Source: Vicugna vicugna (Eukaryota). Taken from it: 64,000 nucleotides of DNA. Below, in pieces: positions 1 through 12,623 of the stretch (positions are counted from its first letter, which is position 1; each line of letters opens with the position of its first letter). The stretch covers positions 604,054 to 668,053 of the forward strand of contig MU057632.1 of NCBI GenBank assembly GCA_013265495.1, written 5' to 3'. A model generated the notes under the pieces. That model saw only the letters and a list, made by a program, of their open reading frames with translations, was not told where the DNA came from and ran no database searches. A program made the position numbers and the translations under genes.

Positions 1-199
1 TGTGTAGGTCAGTCTGGCTTTGAGGACCGGGGAGAAGTGATGGTGTGTCTATAAAAACTCGGTAGCGTTGATAAATGTTTCTATTTCTTCCAGTGTTTAA
101 AGGAAACAGTACAGAGGGGTGATTATTTCAGAAGGTCAGGATGGAGCAGTTGGGCCAGAGCGGCTGTGTCCCAGAGAGAATGGGACTGATGTCCCATTA

Positions 200-1100
200 T
201 TGGACTGATGTCCGTCTGGGTATAGTTCCATAGAGACATGACAAAAGACTCTGTTTCATCCTGTCCTATTCAATGGTTTATATAAATGGATTTAGAAAAA
301 TATATTGATGGCATATTAATCAAACCCAGAAATTTAAAAAGTTAGGAAGAATGATTAACATGTTGGATAAAGAAGCAAATCGAAAATAACTTTAAAAGCC
401 TAGGACGTTGGGGTAAACATAAAATAAAGAAAGGTAAGAGGTCTAGGTGCAAAGTTAGGTGTTTAAGTCACACGGTACATTTTGGGATAGAGGATATTTG
501 GTTCAACTGGGAGCTCAGTGAATACAGAGCAGATGTGTTTGCTTAGAAAGCTCCTGTGGTTCAGGCTGGGTTGTAGAAAGTGTCTCAGTGGTCTTGCTAG
601 ATTTTGTGTTCCTCACCAGGAATCATCTGTTCGAGGAGTTACAGAGACTCCTGAAGGGTGTCCATGAGGAGGTGTTGGGAATAATTAGCGGTCTAGAAGC
701 CCTAGGCCACGTTGTCGGCAAATGGGATGTTTCATGTACGGGAATGAAGACCTTGAGGGAGGGCACGTGATGGGTGGTCACTGAGTACACTGTCTTCACA
801 CAGGAGATGTGTGTGGTGTAAGAAGGAAAAGCTGAAACCAATGAGTCCAAGTTTTAGGGTTAAAAATATTGGCTCACTATGGGGAATGATTATAGACGAT
901 GGAGAGGCAGCTTTCTGGGTGGGGGCAGTGGTTATCTGATGTGCTGATACTTAAAGGCACCGAGTTATTCCAGGAAAACCAAACATCTAAGGGAAAAGAT
1001 GTCTTTGGCAAAGGTGTTTTCCCATTCTTAGAGGGGGTTAGAAGTAAGGCTGAAAGATTACCTTCTAAGGATGTGGTTATATCTGGGGGCCACGTAAGCA
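200..1100 (+). mobile_element. Ancient CR1/L3 LINE, degraded ORF2 (RT) 3' region
   Basis: 247-450 (gactctgtttcatcctgtcctattcaatgg...gatggcatattaatcaaa...aagttaggaagaatgattaacatgttggat) tracks the CR1 RT segment GSVLGPVLFNIFINDL..GMLIKFADDTKLGG..NTLED. CR1-like sequence continues downstream. Boundaries approximate. Confidence 0.65.
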
Positions 1101-1445
1101 CCCCCCATACTGAATTTCTGGGAGATTCTTTAAGGGGAGAGTCTAAAAAAAGGTTATTGCTAAACTTCATTTAAGGAAAAAGTCTCTTTCATGTAATGTG
1201 TTCCTATGATCATTCTTCTCCTAATTTTGATCTGGTTAGTGATCATAATCTTTCTGGATTAATACACTTTTTTGACATTTATATTTCACAATTATATTTC
1301 TCTAAATAGATACAAATACTTGGCATTTGAAACCCTCCTGTGGAGCCTCGAGCCCTTCCCTCACTCTCCACACACTGATTCTGTGCAGCTATGCTCAATT
1401 TGGAACAGAGTTTTGAAAGATGTATCGTAAGAATAAAGTTAACCT

Positions 1446-1598
1446 TACCAGGGAACTATATTCAATTTCTTGTAAAAACATATAATGGGAAAGAATCTGA
1501 AAAGAAAAAAATATATATGTATATGTGTAATCGAATCACTTTGCTGTACACCTGAAACTAGCATTGTAAACTGACTGCCCTTCAATAAATTTTTTTTA
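1446..1598 (+). mobile_element. L1 3' UTR end fragment
   Basis: cagggaactatattcaatttcttgta...gaatcactttgctgtacacctgaaacta...cttcaataaa, typical laurasiatherian L1 3' terminus. Confidence 0.8.
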
Positions 1599-3108
1599 AG
1601 TTAACTTTACCAATGAGGAAAGAGTCAGTAAAACTCTACATTTTGTCACAATAGTTTAAGTTCTGTGAACTTAAGTTTCATTAGAGGTGGAAAAGACCTC
1701 ACCACCACATACAAGGAAATAATTTTAGAACTCTCAACTCTTGCAGAAAACGGAGGGAACAACTGTGGGAGTGAGATTTCTTTCTGACAAGGGAAGAAAA
1801 ACCAAGGAGGAAGAAAAAAAGAATGCTTCTTGGGAGTTAGAGAACTGAGTAAGTGAGAAATACTCAGTGAGACAGAAAATGAAATAATAGAAAAGTCATT
1901 CTGGGAGCTGAAAAGCACTTAAGCCTTTAAAGAGTCCCTTCTAAGAGGGGGGATATATTTTGAATCCAAAGCTTGTCTGGTTCTAATGAAGTCGGTGAGC
2001 AAAGTGGGCACATGATCTCTTCAAGATAAAGTGGGAGAGAGGCTTGGTGTTAGGGATCTTATCTGAGATGTACCGAGCTGAAAGGCTATTAGTAATCAGT
2101 TCCTCTGGGAAGTCAGATTTCATCATGTTCTTCTCTTAAATTTCCTGGTTGCTAATAGCATCCTCTTCGTAATTGCCTTTATAACTTTTTCAAGAGGCTG
2201 AAGAAAGATGCAGAGGAAACTGTATGAGATCTCTAGATTCTCCAGAAATCTTTTCTAGCTGCTATTAATCCTAATTCACCTCCTTCTAGTCACAGAGCTC
2301 CTCACTCAGTCCCCAGCACCCAGGATCGCTCACGAGATGTTTTTGTGGACCGATTCCTAGGAAGAAAAAAGCCTAGGTCCGGGAAGGATGACTTGTCCAC
2401 ATTCAGAGTTTTGCCTTGAAATAGAGTCTTTGATTAAATTCATCAGGAAAGATGTCTGTAGCAGGCAGTCCAGGCCAAGATAAAAGTAACTGATGACCTG
2501 CTGAAGGCTGAACCTGGGTTTTGTTTTTCTCTGCTCTGGCATGAGATGCTCTCTGCTCAGCGTTGAACTGGAAAGTCCCTTGGGACTAGGGTCTCTTAGT
2601 TTGGAAGGTTTTCCTTTCTTAACTCACGGGGAGTGAACATGGCTCCCCAGACATTCAACCTCAATAAAGAGAGAGGAGGAGGGAGAGAGAGAAGCACCTT
2701 TTGGGCCTGGGGATGTGATGCTTATGTGGTAGCAGCAGGGGTGGCAGCAGCCAACTGAAAGCCCAGAGGCTCTTATCCTCTTGGGTAAGAATTAGACAAG
2801 GATATTGGACAGACTTTGGGGGTCTGCATAAGCCCCTGGACTGGGGGACAGTTCAGGGAATAGAAGCCATTGACTTAGACTGGGGAGATCGGGGTTTCCT
2901 GCTAGATTTAGCCAGGGGGCAATGGAGTTGGTGTGCATGTATGTGGGAACAACGAAAGTAGCCATGCTACTGGCTCCCCAAATGCTCTGAATCTTTCCCA
3001 CGCTGTGTACATCTTTTGTGCCGGATGAAAGAGTGGAACAAAAAATACTAACTGATGACAACAGGCCACTTACTCACTTCCACCAGATGGGATGTGGAGG
3101 AAGAGGAG

Positions 3109-3756
3109 TTTTTCATTTTTGTTAAGACCTGAGCTTTATTAATTCTTCACTAACTCCCGGCGCTTCTACCTCCTCCATGCCCTCGCAGGATGCCCATGGA
3201 GGTCTTAGACCTCGAAGCATCTCAGAAGCTGCTCCTGGTCCCCGAGGTCCCAGCAGACCTTCTAGTGCAGGTGGAAGACGGGCGGTCCTGGCTGATGTGG
3301 ATCACGTCCCCGTGCAGGCCGCCCTGGCGATGTTGGCACTCACTGGGCCTGGAAGGGACAGAAACGCTCCCAGGAGTGTTCAGGTGGGATGCCTCCGCCT
3401 GATCAGCCTGAACTTGCACAGGGCTTTCCACTGGGGAGCTGAGAGCCAGGGGGGCAGTTGGGGCGTTAGTGGCCGAGCGGAGAATGAGCATCTTTCGCAG
3501 CCTGAGTTCTCTCTGACGGAGCAGGGACCTCGTCCGGGGGTGGGCTCCAAGATGCGCAGGCAGGGCTGGGGACCTGCGGCTCCAGCATGCAGGTGGCAGG
3601 CTCTGCCGGGCGGACGCTGTCCTGGCCTTCATGGGGGAGGTCAGGCCCGGGGCGACCAGGTGATCCCGTGGGGACACAGTGGCCCAGGCCGGGCGCACTC
3701 CCGCCCCTTGTCTTGTCAGCCTCTCGGCCTGTTCCAGGTGGGCCTGCCTGCTTGCT
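3109..3756 (-). pseudogene. POLD1: Processed pseudogene, 3' fragment of DNA polymerase delta catalytic subunit
   Basis: Minus-strand translation with frameshifts gives [76 protein letters not shown]. These are colinear with POLD1 [77 protein letters not shown]. No introns. AATAAA (tttatt at 3135-3140) and an A-rich tail remnant (3109-3120) are present. Confidence 0.9.
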
Positions 3757-4797
3757 GTTTTCCCCTTGTTGTTACTGTCAGCTTGTTTTGTTTTTAAATA
3801 CGTTATGTAATTTATTTCTATGTCACCTCGTAAAAGCCAAAACATAAAAATTTCACTTTCCGGAAAGTCACCCTGCTAGAAATCCACGAGGTGCACTCAG
3901 TACACGAAAGCGGGGCGAGTCCTTCTGAGCACCAGCGAGGACAAGATTCAACCACTTCCTTCAAGTGAAAGGCCCTGCCGAACTGATCTCAACTAAGGGA
4001 GGTTCAAGAGACCCTTTCCAGAAATGACAGTCAAGATGACTTTGATGTTTAGTGAGAAAGAGTTACCCCTCCCCCCCCAGGCCCCCGCCTTCTGTAGGGG
4101 GAGGGGCACGGCGCCGAGGCAGCCGGCCAAACTGCCTCTGTCTCCTCCGCTCTGAGTAGAAACACTTCCAGACTCAGACTAGAGATGTTTCCATGGAAAA
4201 CACAGACCCAATTCCATATTCTTTTTGATCCATATTCCCTTTAGTGAGTTGACCATGGGTTCGGTGCCAGTTCTTCAAGCTTCCAGGTTCCAGAGCATCT
4301 CGATTTACTTTCTCCAGAAAATGAAACACTACTCTCCGCCTGGGGTTGCCTGGAAGGCAGAGCGTAAGGCAAGGGCTTCCTGGGCCAACAGAGAGGCCCC
4401 AGGGCGGTGGGTGAGAGATGTGTGCTTTGTTAGGTTGCACACACTCGAGGTTGGTGGGAGTTCACGAAGAGTTGATCGTTATCCAGCATCTGCTGCAAGG
4501 AGGTGGGTGAGGCTCAGAGGAATTAAAGTGTGGTAAGAAGTGTCAGATAATGGTGGGTTGAAGAGCAGGGCCACACTGCAGCAATTGAGCACTTTTGACC
4601 CTTTTCCACACCTGCTGTTGGAGGACACGGTGCTCCTGAACCCTGATACTTCCTGGACTTCTGCTGGGAAGCTTGGGCTCTTTCTTCAGTGACTGCACTG
4701 TATCCACTGGGGCTGACCAGCCTCCTCATTGTGGGGTGAGGGAGGGGTGACAGTTTCTTATGTTCGTTGGAGGTAGAGGCTGTCTTGTTCTTCTTTG

Positions 4798-4908
4798 CAG
4801 GTGATCGTCATTCTGGTTTGCCCAGACCCTCCCAGATTCAGCACCTGAGAGTTCGGGGTCCCAGAAAACCTCTCAGTCCTGGACAGACCAGCATGATCCA
4901 TCACTTTA
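4798..4908. mobile_element. MER81-like hAT-Blackjack MITE
   Basis: caggtgatcgtcattctggtttgcccagaccctcccagattcagcacctgagag...cccagaaaacctctcagtcctggacagaccag resembles the recalled MER81 consensus. Confidence 0.6.
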
Positions 4909-5347
4909 CATTGTTCTCAGGCGGCTATTTTTTTTTTTTTGGAGAAAATAGGCACAAATACCTTTACTCAACCATCTTAATCTGAAAGTCCTGTCAGTCC
5001 CATTATTCATGGTGATTTTTTGTCTTTTTCTAGCTCTTTATTAGTCATTTGGAGTTGGGAGACACCAATAGGGACTGCTGAGCAAACACAATTTTAAGTC
5101 ACAACCAGGGAGAAATACTGAATTCCCAGAGGTACAATCTACCCCCCAAAATTTTATTCTCAGTAGATATATTAGACATGTGAGGCTGTATTAAAAATTA
5201 TTTCACAGAGAGAAGATTTTGCTCTAGGAATCAAATTATCCTTCAGATAACAATGATTTTGTGAAATGACTTTGGAGCTCAAAGTCCCATATTAATGGCT
5301 ATCATTAATCATAGACATTATTACTTTTTTATAAACTATATTTTTCA

Positions 5348-5615
5348 CATTAGGCAGGATCCTCTAGAGAACCAATAGGAGATATCTATTGGAGAGAGAG
5401 AGAGAGAGTTATTGATTTATTATAATAAATGTAACTAATTGGCATATACCATTATGGAGTTGAGAAGTCCCATAGTCTTCTGTCTGCAGTCTAGAGACTC
5501 AGGAAAGCCAGTGATGTGGTTCCAAGTCTGAGTCTAAACACCTGATGACCCGAGAGTCAAGGATATAAATTCCAGTCCAAAGGCAGAAGAGTGATGTTCC
5601 AGCTCTAGCGGTCAG
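5348..5615 (-). mobile_element. MLT2-type (ERVL) LTR fragment
   Basis: agagaaccaataggagat...attatggagttgagaagtccca...gactcaggaaagccagtgatgtggttcc; same family as 25068-25608 in opposite orientation. Confidence 0.7.
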
Positions 5616-5970
5616 TTATTTATCTTATAACTGGAAGTTTGTACCTTTTGACTGCCTTCATCCGGTTTCCTTTCCCCTCACCTCCTGCCTCTGGTGACCG
5701 CATATCTGATCTCTTTTTCTATGAGTGTGTTTGTTTTTGATGTATAAGTGACCTACAAAAGTGTGTTAATTCCTGTTATGCAACATAGTGATTTAGTGTT
5801 CACAATTCAACATGATCACAAGTCTAGTTACAATGTGTAATACAAAGATATCACATAGTTATTGACATATTCCCCACACTGTACCTTTCATCCCCGTGAC
5901 TCATTTATTTTGCAACTGGAAGTTTGTACCTCTTCATCTCCCTCACATCTTACTTTCTTCTTTCCTCCTA
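5615..5970 (-). mobile_element. Older L1MA-type 3' end, rearranged fragments
   Basis: ttatttatcttataactggaagtttgtaccttttgact and gactcatttattttgcaactggaagtttgtacc are L1MA-like 3' UTR motifs. Confidence 0.65.
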
Positions 5971-6169
5971 AATAAGCTGATTAATTTTAAATAGCAAAAT
6001 ATTTCTAAGAAATTTGAAGTTCATATATTTCAGAAGTTATAGCTCTTATAATTGCCTAAATCTCATTATCATTCTTAAATGATTCTGATATTTAAGTGTG
6101 ACAGCTACCTACCTGGATCCCCTTAGTCTGTGGGGTCTGAGTATTCAAAACTTGACACACACAAAAAGT

Positions 6170-6474
6170 TACCTCCATCAAAATTTAAACATTTTTCTCT
6201 GATATAGAGTCTGTTAAGAGGATGAAAAGTCAAGTTAGAGATGGGGAAAAAATATTTGCCCACCGTATATCTGACAAAGGGCTTGTATGTAGGTTATACA
6301 AAGAACTCTCTACATTCAACACTTAAAAAAAACCCTAAATAATCCAACTAGAAAATGGGCAAAAGACAAGACCAGACATTTCACCAAAGAGGATATACAA
6401 ATGACAGATAAGCACATAAAAAGATGCATCATATAATTAGCAATTAGAGAAATGCAATTGAAACCATATTGAGA
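6170..6474 (+). mobile_element. Old L1M (L1MC-like) ORF2 3' part, left half of an interrupted element
   Basis: gatggggaaaaaatatttgcc...ctgacaaagggcttgtat...aaaatgggcaaaagac...agagaaatgcaattgaaaccatattgaga; resumes at 9996. Confidence 0.8.
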
Positions 6475-8697
6475 GAAGCCCAGTCCAGCTCTGGGGATGA
6501 TCTGGAGGAAATGCACTTCTGCTTGTTACTCCTGCTGAGTTAAAAACCCTGACATCATATACTAAATAAACACTGGAAGGGCCTGAAAGGTGGAAAGCAG
6601 GAGGGAGAACTACTAGGTACCCGGGGACCTGAGGAATGGCACTGTGGTGAGTCCCCTGGGATTTTCTTGTTGCCTCACATCCCTAACTGCTAGGGGAGAG
6701 ACCTGGGGACTCCAGTGGGTACAGACCGAAAAAACCCTAACAGAAGTCTACTTTCTCAAGCCAAAGGATAAGAAAAGGCTGAGCCTAGCAAGATAGAAAA
6801 CTTTCAGACAGTAACCTCCCTCCTTACTGCAGCCAAACACCAAAGACAAAACTGTGACTGAATCCCCACCCTGATAGCAAGGGAGAGTGGTGAGCCTAAA
6901 TGTCCACCGTTGTGAAGCTGTAATTCATTGCCCACCTCACCCCTGGGGTAGAAGCATGAAGGTGGAGTGGGAAGCCAGAACTTTCATCCCTTCCCAAAGC
7001 TAACGAGCCCCGACTCCATTGCACCCTCATGGTGTCAGTGGAGGCCACGTCAGGAGGAGGTGTTCCTCCCCATGAAGTCCGGGTACTGTCTGTAGAAGCT
7101 AGTGGTGAGCCTGACCACCCACAGCCAGCCAGTAACATCCAGGCATCTTCCCTGGAGCGTCAACTGTGCTCAGCAGGAAATATGGACGTCCAGTCCCGGT
7201 TGACAGTAATGAAGTAGTGCCTCCCTTTCCCATCGGCATGATGTCAGAGGAGGCCCACTAAAACAAATTGTTTAAATAAGATACAGCATCTCATAACACA
7301 GTAACCAAAATATCCAGATACAATAGAAAATCACCTGTCATATTTGGATACAGAAAATTCTCACCTTGAATGAGAAAAGGCAATCAACAGATAAAAATAC
7401 CAAGATGAAACAACTGTTGAAATTATATGACAAGGATTTTAAACCAGGCATCACAATAATGTTTCTGCAAGCTTAAAATAGTTGAAAAACATAGAAATTC
7501 TCAGCAACGAAATAGACTCTGCAAAAAAAAAAAAAATTAAATAGAAGATATAAAAAGAACCAAATAGAAATTTTAGAATTGTAAGATATGATAGCTAATT
7601 AATGAACTAACTAATTAATTAACTAACAAATTAATAAACGTTGATGGGTTTACAGCAGAAAGAAGATGACAGAAGAAAGAACTTGAACTTGAACAAAGAA
7701 CAATAGAGATTTCCCAACACAGAAAACAGAAAGAAAATGGACGAAAAAAAAATGAACCAATCTCAGAGATGTGTGGGAGCTATAACAAAAGATCTGACAT
7801 TTGTGCTATCAGAGTCTCAGAAAGAGAGATGAGAGAGAGTGGTGTTTAAAAATATTCAAGTGAATAACCGATGACATGCCCTCAAATTGGGAAAGGGACA
7901 TAAGCCCACAGATTCAAGAAGCTGAGAAAATGCCAAAAAGGACAAACTCAATAAAATTCTGAAAACTAAAAACAAAAACAAAAAAAAATCTGGAAAACAT
8001 CAAGAGAGAAACAAACTTCTCTGTAGGTAAAAACCAATTTGAACAACAGTGGATTTCTCATTAGAAGCCAATCAGAAACCAGAAGGAAGAGAGACAATAT
8101 TTTTCAATTGTTTTCAACCCAGAATTTTGTATCCAGTGAAAGAACTGGAATTTTAGATTTAGGGAAAATAAACTTTAGGAATGAAACACAGAATTTTAGA
8201 TTTAGGGAAAATAAACTTTAGGAATGAAAGGGAGATCAAGATATTCTCAGATGAATAAAATCTAAGAGAATTTGTTGCCAGTAGACCTAACCTAAAAGAA
8301 TGGCTAAATGATATTTTTCTAAATAGAAAAGAAATGATAAAAGAAGGAATCTTGGAACAAAGGAAGAAAGAAATAGAGAAAGAGTAAAAATCCTATAGAT
8401 TTTACTTTTTCTATTGAGTTTTCTTATTTATATTTTATGATTAAAGCAAGAATTATAATGCATATAGAGAAAGTATTTAAGACATATTATACAGGAGGAA
8501 GATAAAGGGACAGAGAGGAAGGTAATTTTTCTATACTTTATTAGTACTAGTGAAACCATGATGCTGTGACACGTTATGTATGCATAATTTATTATCAACA
8601 GAAATCACCAAAAATACTATACAAATAGTACACTCAAAAATACTATTGGTAAATAAAAATGGAAGCCTGAAAGATGTTCAAAATAACCCTCAGGAAG

Positions 8698-8735
<38 letters not shown>

Positions 8736-9995
8736 AAAAACCAAAGTGCCAGACTTAAGTTTTAAAATATCAATAATCACATTAAATGTAAATGATATAA
8801 ATACACCCATTAAAAGACAGAGCTTGGTAGAGTAGATTAAAACATGACTCAACTATATGCAATCCATAAGAAACTCACTTCAAATATAGCAATATGAATA
8901 GCCTGAAAGTATTAAAAAAAAAAAAAGAAAAAAATACACAAACATCAATCAAAATAAAGCTTAAATGGCTATATTAATATCAGATAAAGTATAATTTAGA
9001 CCAAAGAAAATCACCAGGGGCAGAGATAATCATTACATAATAAAGGCGTCAATCCATCAAAAAGTCTTGTCAATCCTACATGTGTGTGCACCACACAACA
9101 GAGCTGCAAAATATGTGAGGCAAAAAATGATAAGATTAAAGAAGAAAAATCTAGAATTATGATTGAAGAATTCAACACCTCCTTTTTAAAACAACTGCAA
9201 GAACAACTAGAGAGAAATCAGCAAGGAGATAGAACCCAAGACCACCATCAACCAACAGGATTTAATTGATGTTTCTAGAACACATCACTAGCAGCAGAAT
9301 TCACTAACAACAGCAGAATTCACTTTCTTTCAAGAACCCTCAAAAGATTTACTGTGACAGATCATATCCTGGGTTATAAAGCAAACTGCACCAAATGTAA
9401 AAGAATTAAAAGCATTCAGAATGTGTTTTCTGACCACAGTGGAATAAAATTAGCATCAAAAACCAATATAACAGGGAAATTTCTAAATCTTGGCGACTAA
9501 GAAACACATTCTAAATGATGAATGGGTCAAAGAGGAGGTCCCAAAGGACATAAAAATACACTGAACTGAATAAAAATGAAAACACACACACACACACATA
9601 CACACACACAAAACCCAACATGTCAAAATGTATGGGACACAGCTAGAACAGTGCTGAGAGGGAAATTTCTAGTATTAAATGCTGACATTAGAAAATTTTA
9701 AGTCTCAAATAAATAATCTAAGATTTTATATTAGGAAGATTGGAAAATAAGAGAAAAATAAACACAAAGCAAGAATAAGGAAGGAAACAATTAAATAAGA
9801 GGTGACATTCTGAGAAATTAAAAGCAGAGAAACAATTAAGAAAATTGATGAAACAGAAAGCCAGTCCTTTGAAAAGATCAATAAAATTAACAAGCATCTA
9901 GGAAGACAGACAGATTTTTGTGAAAAAGGACACACATTACCAATACCATGATATGAAACCAATATTACTTCAGACCCCCAGACACCTAATGGATA
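6475..9995 (+). mobile_element. Old L1M 5' portion (5'UTR, ORF1, ORF2 endonuclease), 3'-truncated, TSD-flanked
   Basis: Degraded ORF1 at ~7300-8350. ORF2 start ISIITLNVN at ~8767 (atatcaataatcacattaaatgtaaat), with EN motifs to ~9450. Ends at the TTDPTEIK-like segment. Flanked by aaaccatattgaga (6461-6474) and aaaccataatgaga (9996-10009). Confidence 0.8.
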
Positions 9996-10660
9996 AAACC
10001 ATAATGAGATACAATATCAGAAAGGCTAAAACAGAGTACTGTGACAATGCCAATTATGGATAAGGATGCAGAGAACTTGGGTCCCTCGTATATTGCTGGA
10101 GGGAATGAAAAGTGGTCCAGCCATTTTGGAAAATAATTTGACAATTTCTTGCAAAACTAAACATGCATATACTCTATGATTCAGTAATTGCACTCTTGAG
10201 CATTTATCCCAGAGAAATGAAAACTTATGTTCAAACAAAAACTTTAGGTCTAAATGAATGTTTATAGCAGCTTCATTTCTAATAGCCAAAATCTTGAAAT
10301 TACTCACATTTCCTTACAGATGGTTAAAGTAACTGTGTTAACTTCACCCCATGGAATATTACTCAGCAATAAAAAGGAACAAACTATTGATACACATAAC
10401 AACTTGGCTATATCTCAAGGGAATTGTGCTGAGTATCAAAAGATTATATACCTGATAAATCCATTTATATGACATCCCTGAAATAATAAAAGTATAGAGA
10501 TGGAGTACAGATTAGTGCTAGCTGGAGGTTAGGCACACGCAGTGAGGAGAGTGGGTGAAGTTAGAAAGTGGTGGCACAAGGGAGTCTGGTGATGAAATGG
10601 TCTGCATCTTGATCGCTATGATTGTACAAATCTACACATATGATAAAATTCCATAGAGCT

Positions 10661-10692
<32 letters not shown>

Positions 10693-10830
10693 CCATGTGC
10701 AGACAAATACGTGCTGGTGGAAACTGGATAAGCTCTGTGGATTGTACCAATGTCAGATTTCTGGATTGTTGCATTATAGTTATGCAGGGTATTACCATCA
10801 GGGAATTCTGGATGGAGGCTACACATGACC
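9996..10830 (+). mobile_element. Old L1M (L1MC-like) ORF2 end and 3'UTR, right half; contains (CA)n at ~10661-10692
   Basis: aaggatgcagagaac...attgctggagggaatgaaaagtggtccagccattttggaaa...catggaatattactcagcaataaaaagg. Confidence 0.8.
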
Positions 10831-10903
10831 AGCAGAGTTAGGGAATGGAACCTCACTTCTGAGTTGTTTGGGGAAAGACAATTTTAATAGCTAAAAGTTA
10901 TCA

Positions 10904-10985
10904 GGGGAGGGTAGAGCTCAGTGGTAGAGCACATGCTTAGCATGCGTGAGATCCTGGGTTCAATCCCCAGTACTGCCATTTAAAA

Positions 10986-11023
<38 letters not shown>

Positions 11024-11073
11024 AAATAAAATAAATCTAATTACCTCTCCCCCCAAAAGAAACAAAATAACAA
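10904..11073 (+). mobile_element. tRNA-derived SINE (camelid Vic-1-like) with internal (TG)n
   Basis: A box agctcagtggtagagc and B box gggttcaatccc. TSD aatagctaaaagttatca (10886-10903) / aatagctaatggttatca (11074-11091). Confidence 0.9.
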
Positions 11074-11091
11074 AATAGCTAATGGTTATCA

Positions 11092-11240
11092 AGCCCACAC
11101 TGTACGTCAGACACTCTGCTACGAGCTACACATGCAGTTTCTTCTATAAACCTCAAATTTATGAGATAGGTAGCGTTCTAATCCATCTTTGAGATGACAA
11201 GATAGAAGCTCAGATTAAATTGGTTCCTCAAATTTTCACA
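11092..11240 (-). mobile_element. MIR SINE fragment
   Basis: tatgagataggtagcgttctaatccatctttgagatgacaagatagaagctcaga resembles the MIR core. Confidence 0.55.
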
Positions 11241-12623
11241 ATGAATATAGTACCATATTCCACAAAGCAAGATGTTTGGAAAGTAACTGCAAGTTTTGTG
11301 ATGAGAAATGTAGTGCCCAAGTCACAATTTGGTTTAACAGGCTGTAACAAACACAGATGAATTTAAAAAAAAAAATGCTTTTAGGAGCAGTGGGAAAGCC
11401 TGCCTGCGTGTGTTAATGTCTCCTGCTCTCTGCGTTGAAGCCAAGACTTCCGATGTCAGGAGGAGACTGTTCAGTCTCTGATTAGCAATATGTATGGTCC
11501 ACGATGAAAGGAAAAGAGACACCATGTAGAGAGAAAGTGGAGAAGACACAGATGTGAAGCCACCCGGGAAGTACTGCACAACTTGTGACTGTGCTCCAGA
11601 AATGTTCTCGTCTCCCCTGAGGTTAGAAACTTCCTGAAGACAAACTTTGCATACTGGAAGACTCCTCCTAAGACTGGCTTTGATCTTGATGCTTAAAACT
11701 GAAATGCAGCCAATCTGATCCAAATCAGTCAGCCCATTCGAAAGCTAGTGGAAAGTGAACAGCTAAAACGCTAAAAGGTCCAATTGATTTCACTGTGTTT
11801 AATCAATATTCTTTTCACTTCCAATTCAGTGGGTAGCTTTCTTTTAAACATCCATGTAAGCCAGGCGTGGCTGAAAAAAGTGTTTGATTTTACCACACAC
11901 TGTTAACTAAAAAATAACCACAGGGAGGCAGAAGACAGAATATTCAACAGCAAATCTATTTCTCTCTTCCACATGAAAAAGGTCTTTTCATGTAGATCAT
12001 GTTTAAAAAATACTTTGTAATTTATATATTAAGAGCTTAAGTACATTTTATTTTGATTTTTAGTATGTCTCATATTCCAACTAATGATTCTTTACTTGGG
12101 TTAGAGGAATTTTGTGATAAAGTTTCAAAAACAATTGCAGAGCTGGAAAAATTCATTTAGCATACTTTGCTGACTTAAATAATGACAGTTTAGTTTCTGA
12201 TCTTAAAATCCTAAATATTTTATCTCACTGCAACAATGAAGGCTTTATTTTTCATTTCTAAACTGTGCAGATAAATCTCAAACCCAGAGGTCAAGAGTAG
12301 TTCTTCCACGCGCAACTTTGGTAAAATGTATTCTTTCTTTTCTATTCTACTAGGCAACCATTTTTACCTTGGTGGATAGAAGCTAGATTACAGAAGGATT
12401 AGGAGCAAATGGAAAAAGAAGTGGTGAAGTAAAGACCACATGTTTATGCTACTTAAAAATAAATCAGACAACAACTAAATGTCTCTTTATATTTTTATCA
12501 TAAAGTAATATATGTGTATTTTTCTCAGGGGAGGAGAAATTCAGATGTTAAGAAAGGCACTTGTAAATCCAGAGAAAAGCACTCATATTTAAATTTTAGA
12601 GTGTAATCTTCCAGAATTTTTCT

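Noticed and set aside
3177..3797. 206-aa plus-strand ORF
   Set aside because: Antisense to the GC-rich POLD1 retrocopy; low stop-codon density explains its length.
10904..10976. tRNA genes here and at the other SINE heads
   Set aside because: Diverged heads with shared AT-rich tails and TSDs are tRNA-derived SINEs.
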